This document shows, piece by piece, positions 52,313 through 64,000 of a DNA stretch of 64,000 bases. The stretch is taken from positions 24,294,213 through 24,358,212 of the forward strand of contig OZ234493.1 in NCBI GenBank assembly GCA_965153455.1, in the 5' to 3' direction. Within the stretch, counting starts at the first letter, position 1. Each line of letters opens with the position of its first letter. The DNA is from Sphagnum compactum. Lineage: Eukaryota. The notes below the pieces were generated by a model. That model saw only the letters and a program-made list of their open reading frames with translations, did not search any database and was not told the origin of the DNA. Position numbers and translations under genes: made by a program.

Positions 52313-55300
52313 CAGGTCATTTTGTCCCAAACCTATGCCCAAGACCACAAGTTATTTACATTTGGGGGATGTTTCGTGAACACATGTGACAATGAGCCGT
52401 GAGCATGAAAAAATATTTTCAATAAATTTTGTCCACATCCGAAGGTGTATATATATTTTTTGACAAATTTTGGTGATGTGGCAAGTTATTATTATCTAAC
52501 ACAATCAAATATTCTTCCATGTCACCCAAGGTATCCATGTGACCTTGCCATGTGGCATTCAATAGCTCTTAATTGCAAGAATTGCAATGGCTCCAATGTG
52601 TGTGATCGATCTCCCATTACATACATAAAATTAGATATTAAACATAGTGGAAACGTGAGTCAAAAGTCCAAAATCCATTGAAATAAAATGGGACCAACGA
52701 AGGGTAAACTTGTAGTATTAATCAAACTGGTTGGATCAAGAAAACAAATATTGTAAATGAAGACTAATACATGTGTGTGCTAAAATTTTCATAGGATTTA
52801 AAACTAAATTTGCAAACAAATTTTGTGGTTATTAAGACATATGGAGTTGTTTTGCCATTTATAAATGTTTTAACAACACTGATCCCATGTAAATAGTCCA
52901 ATAAAATCCACCACGTTCATGATAACAATAAATGCACAAATTTATTGGATGTTTACAAATATGTCACGAATCGCAAATGTTTGCAACTATGGTTTATTTT
53001 GAATATTCAATTTAATTATTTTTTATGAGATTAAAAGGATCAATCAAAATAACCCAGTTTAGAGTTTGTTTATTAGCAGCATGTCACGATATCCATATCC
53101 ACAACACTTTTGTCGAACACCACCAAATTCAAACTTGTACATGTCTATAAATTAAAAAAAGTTAAAAAATGTAGGTGCAAAATATCAAACTAAGATTGGA
53201 TTTTGGGCATTTTCTAATCACTTGCAGGATTACAAGATATATGGGACGATGAAAAAAATGTTTATTTCAAAGTTTATGAATAACTAGTGACAACTTCTTG
53301 GAGACACTCGATGGCCAACACACTCAACAAATCGAAATTACAAAACACAATTTCATCGACAATGTGATTACCTATTTGGACTCTAGGCGGACAAGAAAAT
53401 AAGCGAGTCGACCTTACTACAAAAATCACCAAAAATCTATATCGACACTTAGGATGATCCATACAAGTCACCCATACTTACATATAATAGGGAGATGGAC
53501 CAGCTGATGTTGGCCAATAGTTTTACCGTTAATGAGGGTGGAAGAATCGAGTTCCCCAACATGCCTAGAAAAAGGAGTGATAGAAACAAATGATGAAAAG
53601 GAAACCATGCCTATAATTGCAACATGCCTATAAAATGTAATGACAAATTTGAATGATGAAGAGGAAACGACATTGCGAAGTACACCAAGGTCCAAACTAG
53701 GTTCCAATGACATGAACTCAACACCTCTAAAGGTTGATTCTATATAATACATCCAATATAGAATCTAACGACATTGTTGAAATTCAAAAGAATTGGAAAT
53801 AAAAAGGCAATAAAAGTTTAGAATTGGTATGTGTAATAACGAACAACTTATTTTGAACCCAAAACTTTGCAGCATGAAAAAAAATCTATAAATATTGAAG
53901 AAATAGGTTTTACGTGACTAAAATGTTGATTCAATTGTGGAGAATTAAAATTGTAGCTATATGTTGATTCGTTTCTAGGAATGGCTATGGCTTCATATTG
54001 ACAGGAAGAAAGCCCATATGTTAATTTTGGGTGTATGTAAGTTGATTTTGGGTGGAAGTCATGCAAGATTGAAATTGAAAATCAGAAATTGATGACAAAA
54101 ATACAAAAAAAGAAGCAAACAAGAAGGCAAGACATTAATTTTTAGGAAATGAGTGCTAAAGAAAGAGCTATAATACATTCCCAAAGGTTTGAAAACATCT
54201 ACAATGAACTAGCCACCCACCCGTATGGATGAATGAACACAACAATAGTCCACTCTAAAACTCAAGCTAAAAAAAAGGAAAAAAAACTCATCATCTATGT
54301 ATCTCCTAATTTAGCTAGATTTCAATTGTAAATTTCAGTAGTTGCCCAAGGATATAAAAGAAACTATTTTTTTTCATTCATTTTTGGTATGTAGCAAAAA
54401 AATTTGAAAAAAAATGCACAATCACCATTACAATGACACTTTAAAATGGAAAGAAAAACCCTGTATTTTATATTGTATTCTAACAATTACATCTATTATA
54501 AACAATTTTTTTTTCAAATCTTATATTATAATGATTATTGTGTGGATCTTGGTGGCAAGGAATTGAAAAATTTAAATGATTTATATAATTTCTACAACTT
54601 GATTTATTATTAAATCTTGGTATTGCAAGCAAGTAAACTTGTATGAACAATAATTATTTTCATAACAATTTTTTGAATAGAAAACACAATGAATGTAACG
54701 AGAATGTTGTTTGCAATGAATGCATTCATACAATTTATGTTAAAAGTTGTTTGAACCAAATTCCTATGCCTTATCTAAAGTTGAATGATTAAAAAAATGT
54801 AATGCAAGATGGATCATATGAAACAATTGCAGCTCATGGACGTAAACAAGGGGTTTTTTGAATGAAATCAAGGCCAAAAGGGGCCAAGATAGGACCTCAA
54901 GAAACTTTCTCACTCAATAATTATGTTTTAATAGTAGAATGATGAAATCTTAATGAAGACATACAACATGAAAAAGGGAAATACAAAGTACCCTCGGATG
55001 TAACATGAGAAAGAAAAGGTGTATTAGACCTTTCCACCCAACTACATGACCACAGAAAGGGTTCATGAACCCAATGATCCACCCCCGAGCTCAACAAACA
55101 TAATTTATTTTACTTTAAGGCCTCATCATCAAAAAAGTTCTAACTCCAAGATCATACTTAACACGATTCCTAATATTAGGAGGTGAAAGCATGGGAGCCA
55201 TGACTTGGGCTTCAACTTTAGCATATGGGGGCAATTAAAAGTCCCCAAAAGATTAAATCGAAACTTCGAACTATCACGAAAAAGGACAAATTCCTTGGCC

Positions 55301-57694
55301 TAGGTGGAGACAAACCTCTATAAAAAAACAAAAGGAGAGAATTAAGAAATGGTGATTGAAATATTGAAGATAAATGAAATTGAAATTGAACCAAGAGGTA
55401 GGTTTACTCACAATCCAAGTTCCTCTTAGCATGCTTTTGTGGTGGAGAGTTTTCACCATCCAAGGGCACATCAAGGCCTCAAGCCTCAAGGATGGGATCA
55501 TGAACCAAAGCCTTTAACACCTCCTTGAAGATGTCCACATTTGATTCCAAGGCTAGTATGTGGCGATGTAAGATCTAGCAGGCTCTGATGTTGGTTCCTA
55601 CATGGGAAATGTCACTTATAATTAGAACGAGAATAAATTAAATCAAATGGAATTTGGAAAGGAAAAAGATCAAACTTGTGGACATAGACAAATCAACCAC
55701 AAGGTACCCTAATGGAAAATAGACTTCAATGAGGGCCTGGAGTGTCACAAGATGGACCTCTTTCGCTACTCAAAATGGCCTTCCAATCTTGGACTTGATC
55801 ATGGAGGACTTGTTAATCCAATTGTACATGACATTTTCCCCTCGCACATTGACACCCTTTTGGAAAAAATCCTCAACTAAAAGGGAGATGAGGAAGGACA
55901 TCCTAGCAAGGGATGTTTCATCAAGATCCCTCACCAAAAGAGTAGCCCGACTCAACAAGGTCTACAAAATTTCACAAGAGAATATTTTTTGAAATGTGAA
56001 AAACTAGTGCTTGCAAAAATTGAACAATACAAGACCTAGTGGGGAAGTAGTGAATTCACTGGTCTAATGAACAGGGATAAATGAACTACACCAACATTTT
56101 ATAATAGTGCATATTGTTCACATTCCTTTATTTTTTCCCATGAATTCATTATTGCAACGTGATCTATCCATGGTTGGTAATGCGACCATCAAAATGTATT
56201 ATGAAGAAGTGTTTAATGATAATGAATGTTCTCCCATCAAACTCTAGGAGTGCATGGGGAAGGCCATAGAACAAGTTCAGAAGGATCATTACTTAACATT
56301 TTGTAAGCACCTACTTGTTTGTGATCCCACCCTTGGTCCAAATTTTCTAAAATAAATTAAAATTCATTACAATATGAATTTCAAGCTTAAGATGTTCATA
56401 AAGAAGTTTGAGATGTTTGCTTACTCATGTGTAATTTCAAAGCATAAATTCTCTTAGTTCAAGCAATGGAATGAATCAACATGTTGCAAGAAGTATAAAA
56501 TTCCCAATGCACAATTTATCTGACTCTTAGTTTGACAAATGGCTCCACATAACCACCTTTTGGCACTAAGTGAGGATAACATTGCACAAGGTCTTTGTTT
56601 CTTCTTTAATGCTCTCAAGATTTTTGACTTTGTATCCATTTCTTTGTTTGATGCAATTCAAGCTTGAAGTTCTAAATTTGTACGATCCTACAATTTTTGA
56701 TTTGGTCTTGATTATGAATTTTTTTTTGGCAATCCTTTCTCTTTCATCCTACATCCAAGAGTGGGGGCAATCAATATGGGAAACATGTTTCTTTCGAGAA
56801 TTCAAGTCAAGGGATGGCATTCGAAAAAACAAGCCTTGGGAACAACATACATGGGCAAAGGAGGCAATCAAAAAAATGTTCTACATATATGTTAGTGACA
56901 ATATATATATATATATTCAAGAATCTATGCCCATTGAAGTTTCATCACAACCACATTTGCCTTACTCTTAGTGCCAAATGTTAGTCATAAGGGGCTTTAG
57001 AAATTGAACTTGGGATGGAACCTTCCTTGCCTACATTAATTTGTTCTTATCAAATTGTTATAAACATGATTGGAAAATCAAATTTCGCTTCAATGTTTGT
57101 CCTTGTCTTACATGTACTTCTATCACGTTTCACTTCTTATTGGAACATTTAATCACCTCGCACACCTCCTTGAGAATTGGTGTGATCCTAAAGCAGATAA
57201 TACCATCTTTCACAAGGATATTTTCAAGGATTGGACGTCTTTGCACCTTGCTAATTGTAGATGGTAATTACCCCAAGGATAACATGTCAACATTTGAGCT
57301 ATGTCCTTCGAAAAGAAATGAACTTGGGTTTCAAGAAAACCTCTTGATCTCTACAAGTGGTTGAAGGTGCCAAGAAGAAGGTTGCTTCTCATGGCAAAAG
57401 AAAGGAGAAAGAGCAAGTCAGAGGGATTCAAGACTCAAAGGAGGTTAGGCAGGCTTATGTAGAAGTTTCTTTATCGAAAAGTATTATTCCTTTTGGAGAC
57501 TTCATTAAAGAGATCACTCCCCCCAAACCTTTTATGAGGGTTGTGCCATCTCCTTCCCATGGTGGCCCAATGCTTGGTGTTAATTTCCACTCCTCCCATT
57601 TCACCCCTTCTTGCCCTAATTACATTGTATTGTCGGCCATTAGGCCACATGGATGGTAGTGCATTGTTATTCCATTTTCTTAGTTGAGTATTGT

Positions 57695-58036
57695 TGTTGA
57701 AAGGATTGGTAACAGCCAGCGGCTGTTAACAAATAGGAGATCTACTCAAGTGCAAACATAAAATTTTATTGAAAAGAAACTATAACACGATGCTCACAAC
57801 ACAAAACACAACATCAAGAACTCCTCAAGGTTCTTGTCACAAGAATTACACAAACTTGTGTAATGAAGAAAAGAGAGCCAAACCATCAACACCAAGGTAT
57901 TTAACTACAAAACCACACCACAAATAACCAAACTAAAATAAGTAAAGAAAGTATTTCAACCTTGTGAAAGTAACCTAGTTACTTTCTTACTCTAGTAACT
58001 AAAGAAACCTAACTAGTTGAATTTGAATTCTCAACA
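57695..58036 (-). repeat. 3' LTR of the copia element (~342 bp)
   Basis: Begins immediately after the polypurine tract (+ strand ctccccctcaa 58037-58047). Terminal inverted repeats TGTTGA...TCAACA. The left boundary could alternatively be 57692. Confidence 0.8.
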
Positions 58037-61000
58037 CTCCCCCTCAAGCTCAAATCCACTTCTAGTACACCAAGCATTTTTCGAAACTTCTTTAGCTTGT
58101 CTGTACCTAAAGCCTTTGTGAAAATGTCAGCAACTTGATCTTCGATACTAACATGAATAAGGTCAATTTCTTTTGCTAGAACTTTTTCTCTAATAAAGTG
58201 GTAGTGCACCTCAATATGATTTGTCCTAGCATGATAGACCGGGTTGTTAGCAAGTAGTATGCTACTAATGTTATCACAATAGATGACAACAGGAGCATCC
58301 ACTGACTGTCCCAAATCTGAAAGTAGTTTTTGTAACCAAACTACTTCACACGCAGCAATTGTTGCACCTCTGTATTCTGCCTCCGTGCTTGATAATGCAA
58401 CTGTTGGTTGTTTCTTACTGCTCCAACTAACAGCACCACTCCCAAAAGAAAACATGAAACCATTAGTTGATCTTCTATCTGAAACATTGCCAGCCCAATC
58501 ACCATCCGTGTATCCATGTACTTGTAACTCGCTCTTGGCTTCATAGAAAATTACACAATGTAAAGTATGTTTTATGTACCTCAATATGCGCCTCACTGCA
58601 TTCAAATGTGGCTTTCGTGGTGTTTGCATGAATTGACTCACCACTCCAACTGCATAACTCAAATCTGGCCTTGTGATGGTCATGTAAATCAAACTCCCCA
58701 CTATGCGTCTGTACATAGTGGTATCCTCCATGAGGTCTCCTTCATCTGCACTCAACTTCACATTTTGCTCCAATGGAATTGAAATGGGTTTACAACCCGT
58801 CATCCCATATTCAGACAATTTGTTCAAGGCATATTGCCTTTATAATAACCATATCCCTTTAGGGGATTGGATTACCTCAATGCCGAGGAAGTAACGCAAC
58901 TCTCCCAAATCCTTCATTTCAAACTTTTGCTTCAAAAGCTTCTTCAAATTAGAGATGTCTGCATCACTATCTCCTGTGATAATCAAGTCATCAACATAGA
59001 TAACTATGACTACAATCCCATGATCTGTCTTTTTCACATGTAGTGAAAAATCTGCATTGGATGTTTGAAATCCACTTGTGACAAGATACTGACCTATCTT
59101 GTCTGACCAAGCTCTAGGTGCTTGCTTCAAGCCATACAAAGCTTTCTTCAACCTACAAACCAAATTAGGATGTGTTTGGTCCACATAACCTAGTGGTTGT
59201 TCCATGTACACTTCTTCCTGTAAATCTCCATGAAGAAAAGCATTCTTTACATCCATTTGATGTAAAGACCATCCTTTTGCTGCTGCCATAGCAATGATTG
59301 CTCTTACAGTTGTCATTTTGGCAACTGGACTATAGGTCTCCTCATAGTCTATGCCATACGTTTGGGCATAACCTTTGGCAACCAATCTTGCTTTGTATCT
59401 GCTCACAGATCCATCTGCATTGTGTTTGACTTTGTACACCCATTTGCACCCAATTGCTTTCTTGTCTTTTGGTAAAGCTATAAATTCCCAAGTAGCATTC
59501 GCATCCAAAGCCGCCATCTCTTCATCCATGGCATTGTCCCACTTAGGATTTCCAACCGCTTGTTCAAAACAAGTGGGTTCAACCTCTTGTATAACTCTCA
59601 CCATGTATGCGTAATGATGAGCTACAAAGCCATCATATGTGAGTATTTGTACAGGGTACTTGACTCGTGTGGATCTTCGTACTCCAATGTTGTTGTCAGG
59701 TGTTTTCAAAGCTTTCTTGATCATCCGAGCTCCAGGAGTAGTAATTGAGGTGATTCTTGATTCTTCACCTTCACTCTTCTCTAACTCACTTGATTCACCA
59801 TCTACATGAAAATTTCTAGATGATGTTTGTGAACTACCATGTACCATGTTTGAAGATCTCAATCTTCCTTTCCATGGAGTGCTATTGGACCCACTAATTG
59901 AAGACTCTTGTGGTCCACTAATTAATTGTGATTCTTGTTCCACATTTGATGAAACATCACCATTTCTAGCTTCTTCCTCTTCTGCTACCTTCAATGGTGA
60001 GTACCAACTAGCCATCTCATCAAACACAACATCTCTACTCACTTGCAACTTCCGAGTGGAAGGGCTAAAACATCTATATCCCTTTTGTTTTGAGGAGTAT
60101 CCAATGAAGATACATTTCTCAGCTTTTGGGTCTAGTTTTGATCTCTTCTCATCAAGAACATGCACGTATGCAATGCAACCAAACACTTTGAGGTGTGAAA
60201 CATCGGGTTTCTTGCCTGTGAATTTTTCTTCAGGTGTCATGCCATGAACTGCCACTGTGGGTGTTCGATTCATGATGTAGACTGCAGTTGCTACTGCTTC
60301 AGCCCAAAAGTAATTTGGCAAATTTTTCTCATTCAACATGGCACGTGCTATTTCTGCAATGTGCCTGTTTTTCCTTTCAGCAACTCCATTCTGCTGTGGG
60401 GAATAACTACATGAGTACTTCCTTTGAATTCCATGCTCCTTCAAGTACTCACTGACTTCATTTGAAAAATACTCTCCCCCTCCATCGAACCTTAAGCACT
60501 TGATGCTCACACCTTTCTCCTTCTCCATCATTGCTTTGAAATTCAAAAAATGTTGAAACACTTCACCTTTGTGTTTCATGAAGTAGACCCACACCTTCCT
60601 TGTGTGATCATAAATGAAACTCACGTAGTACTTGCATCCTCCAATGGATTCTGTCTTCGTGGTCCACACATTTGAGTGGATCATTTCCAAAGGTTTGGAA
60701 CTTACATGAGTTGTTTGAGCTGGGAAAGGATGCCTAGCTTGCTTCCCCAATTGGCATGCTTCACAAACCTCTGACATCACCTCTTCTGCTCCAAATTTGG
60801 GAAGACCTCCAACAAGTTTTTGTTTCTCCATGAGCTTAAGACGTTGGAGATTAACATGGCCAACTCGCTTGTGCCAAATTCCAATGTCTCCAGCTCTTTT
60901 TCCATGTGTGAATAACATGGAATTCACCTCAGGCATGTTCACATCTAAGGTGAACATTCGTCCATTCCTTTCCCCTTTTGCAATCAATTTGCCTTGGTTT

Positions 61001-63263
61001 TTCATGTCTTCCACAAAACATCCATTTGGGTTGAATGTCACCTGTAAACCTTGTTCCACCATTTGGCCTACGGAGACCAAATTTTTGTTATGGTTGAAAC
61101 ATGAAGTACATCTTTCAGGTACTTTGTTTGCCCATCTTCCATGGACAATGACACCTTGCCAATTTGTGTGATGGGATGTGTAGTGTCATCACCAGTTTCC
61201 ACAAACCCTGGTGTCTTCAAATCTTTTGCGTCTCTAAACCATTCTCCATGGCTAGTCATGTGGTTTGAAGCTCCAGAGTCCACATACCAGACATTGTTGT
61301 CTGATACACCTCCTATCATTGAATTTGCCATGTGCTGCATCACAAACAGTTGCTCATCACCTTGATTGCTTGTTGATGCATAATTCCCTTGTTGCAGCTT
61401 TCCATTTCGTGCATCATGCTCCCTTTGATAACAGTTCTTTGCCATGTGCCCAGGTTTCCCACAGTAGTAGCAATTTGAATCGCTATTTGGTTGTTGACGT
61501 CGATGACTTCCACCACGACCTCCACGACTTCCTCAACTTCCTCTTCCTCCAAAGTTTCCTCGTCCACCTCCATGAGCTTGACCTTCATGTTGATGATGTC
61601 CACCATGCGAGCTTCCGTGTCGACCTCGAAATGAACTTTTACCACCTCTACCTCTACCTCTATTGGTATTTGAGTAGAAAGCACTTTCTTGTGATCCTCC
61701 ATTGGAAAAAGTACCAACAATTCTCATCTCTTCATTTATAAGTAGTGTTATTAAGTCTTGGAAGTTGGGAAATGTTTCCCGAACTGCAATTGAGGTACGG
61801 AACTGACTATAGTTGTCGCAACCCTAGCTTTGGGCTCGCGGCCAAGGCTAAGGGGGTTGCAAGGTTGCGGGCCAAAAGGAAGGAAGCCCGGGAGTTAAGG
61901 CAAGAAGATGCCCGGGAGTCACATCACATACTCGCAGGAGTGTTAGAAAGTGTGAGGGAGTATGAGGGAGTGAACCCTCACACTCCCAAGGCAACTCCCA
62001 CTTGGGGAGATGGAGTCCCGGTGGACTCTCAAAACTTCAGAGAGCGATTGCAGGGGTCAAACCTCAATTTCTGGTGACATTCTTTATATCATTGGAAAGC
62101 TCTTAAAGCGTAGATGCCTAAAATGGGCTCGCATGGCTCATTTGGATCTTTGAAACACAAGTTATGACCAAAAGAAAGGTCGGGAGTCGAACTGCCAGTT
62201 TGACTCCCGACCACTAAAAGTCAGGAATCGACCCGATTGACTTAGCTGCAAGGGGCGGTCCACATATCGTTGGAAAGCTCTTGACAAGAGCTACAACTTT
62301 GCTTCAAATTGCATTGCAATCTGAGGTCTGCTCGCAAAGTTATGGGGCTTCAAAGTTGCGGGAGTCCCACTTGGCGCGATTTCGGGACTCCCACGCGGGA
62401 GTCCCGGGAAAAATAGCCATTTGGATGTAGCCTCCGTGGAGAGCTGCAGAGTATACTATAAGGGGGAAGGTGGTGGCTTCCCCCCCAAGTCCGGGCCGTG
62501 GTGAGTCTTGTGTGTCCGTGTTGCCCGTGGCTCGTCCTAGCACCAAAGGTGCTCCAACTATGCACTAACCACTTTGTGTGGGTTGTGTGCAGGCCCGTGT
62601 GAGTGAATAAGCTTGTCAATTCTTCCTAGTCCCATCCCGGAGCTCCAACACGCCCCTCTACCCCTCCAAGTGTTGGGAGCTAGGGAGCGGCTCCAAGTTC
62701 CAACTCCTTCCGCATTGCCGCATACTTGGACCCTCAAGTGGGTCCACTAGGAACTTGGGAGCGCATCAATAGTCTTTTCGAAGTCCATTTAAGGTCACGG
62801 CCACTAAATCTTCATCATGTACAGGGGATCCTATAGATGCAAGAACATTTGCAAGGTTTTTCACCTTAGTAGAATAGCCATTGATGTTCATCTTGTTTTT
62901 CTGTAGATTATGCAACTCTTGCTTGAGCTGCATTTTTCGGGCTTGTGTATTGGTGCTGTACATCTTCACCAATGTTTCCCAAGCTTGCTTGGGTGATTTT
63001 GCATCTTGAATATGCACAATCATGGAATCAGACACACTCACAGAAAGCCAATACAAGACTTTCCTTGCTTTTTCATGCCAAGTTTTATTGGCTTGAATTT
63101 GTTGTTGTGTGGGGTTTTCTAGGAGAGGAGGTTCTTTTTCACCACCAGTTATGAATTCCCAGTAGCCTTTCCCCATCAAGAAATTCATAATCCTAAATTT
63201 CCACACTTGGAAATTGTTCTTGTCTAATTTCTCAATTGCAATTTGAGAAAGACCGTCCGCCAT
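58009..63263 (-). pseudogene. Disrupted copia gag-pol polyprotein
   Basis: Solo-LTR insertion in gag; in-frame TGA at 61535-61533; single-base frameshift near 61080 (TITK.LVSVGQ); in-frame TAA at 58842-58840; integrase catalytic Asp replaced (HSNVW instead of HSDVW). Confidence 0.9.
61814..62768. mobile_element. 955-bp solo LTR of an unrelated LTR retrotransposon inserted in the copia gag
   Basis: Starts TGTCGCAACC, ends GCGCATCA, with a perfect 5-bp TSD ATAGT at 61809-61813 and 62769-62773. Removing it plus one TSD restores the gag frame (..NGLRKDYSQFRTSIAVRETFPNFQDLITLLINEEMR..). GC-rich and dissimilar to the 342-bp copia LTR. Confidence 0.92.
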
Positions 63264-63312
63264 CTCTCAAGGCACTACTCAATGTCTTCTTGGGGTTTCA
63301 AAATGATTTTAA

Positions 63313-63388
63313 TTCCTTCCTTGGATTTCTAGGGTTAGGGTTAGGGTTTTCCTTCCTTAGGTTTCTAGGATTAGGGTTAGGGTTAGGG
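63313..63388. repeat. Duplicated ~42-bp unit containing (TTAGGG)n in the copia 5' leader
   Basis: ctagggttagggttaggg (63329-63346) and ttagggttagggttaggg (63371-63388), each preceded by ttccttcctt.g.tttctagg. Confidence 0.8.
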
Positions 63389-64000
63389 CTGAACAAGATA
63401 GACCTTGCATATGTATGTATGTCTTGAGTATTATACGAAATTTTATACTATACATAGGCTTTACGTATAGGTACGTATCTCGTATAATATTTCGTATGGT
63501 ATTAAATACATGATTACATACCACACTTTTGTATGAAGGTCTTGATAATGTATTTGCGCTTCCCAATCTTCAAACTCCTTCCTTCAAGTTCTCCCAAGTT
63601 GTATTTGCTCCACTTCAACACTTTGCTTTGGTGTCTTCTCAAAACAAATTTTTGTCACAACAACTTTGCAAAGCTCCTCCACTCATATATGACCTTGGAT
63701 CGTTCTAAAATTTTGGTGAAACATAAAAAGCTATGTCTACTATCATCTCTCAAAATTTCAGCTCATTTAATCTCATAAAATGAGAGATCTTGCTACTTCC
63801 TTGAAGTCACCTCAAACTGGGACCTGAACACAAAATGACTTACAACTCGCTCTCAGCAACTTCAAAATCCTTGAGATTTTGGGAGACACATAAGATATAT
63901 GTCTTCTATATCTGGTTAAAATTTCAGCTCTATTGATGATGACTACAAAGAGATATCACTTTCAAAAGAAACTGACTTCAAAATTGAGACTGAAACTTCA

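Larger units (their letters stand above)
57695..64000 (-). mobile_element. Ty1/copia LTR retrotransposon, decayed; 5' LTR lies beyond the right window edge
   Basis: Domain order gag (63263-62769 and 61808 onwards; CYYCGKPGHMAKNC knuckle), protease (WYVDSGAS), GAG-pre-integrase (WHKRVGH..CEAC), integrase, RT (KARLVAKG, QMDVKNAFLHG, YVDD), RNase H (YTDGDWAG, EAEY, CDN, QVADIFTK). PPT GAGGGGGAG abuts the 3' LTR. Confidence 0.95.

Noticed and set aside
52400-57690. Possible L1-like or Mutator-like remnants
   Set aside because: Only weak hints (a GDF-like motif on the minus strand near 55240); too degenerate to call.

Overview
AT-rich, intron-containing land-plant nuclear DNA. A bryophyte (Sphagnum-like moss) origin is inferred from the repeat families and gene style but is not proven. 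Four spliced protein-coding genes were reconstructed by hand from GT-AG junctions with consistent phases. (1) A mitochondrial dicarboxylate/tricarboxylate carrier (minus strand, running off the left edge). (2) A 13-exon plastid-type alpha/beta hydrolase of the CLD1/pheophytinase-like group, with an unexpected Cys-less HMA-like module in front of the hydrolase. (3) A 4-exon receptor-like kinase with a tiny ectodomain and an unrecognised ~128-aa domain C-terminal to the kinase, encoded by its own exon. (4) A 13-exon sterol delta-7 reductase (DWF5). Intergenic DNA holds a small Helitron, a decayed hAT element, two decayed RLE-type (CRE/R2-like) non-LTR retrotransposon copies, a pogo-like deletion derivative, a probable tRNA-derived SINE and a 15-copy 30/31-bp minisatellite. 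There is also a decayed Ty1/copia element whose gag is interrupted by a 955-bp solo LTR with a perfect 5-bp TSD. Most ORFs in the supplied track are spurious.
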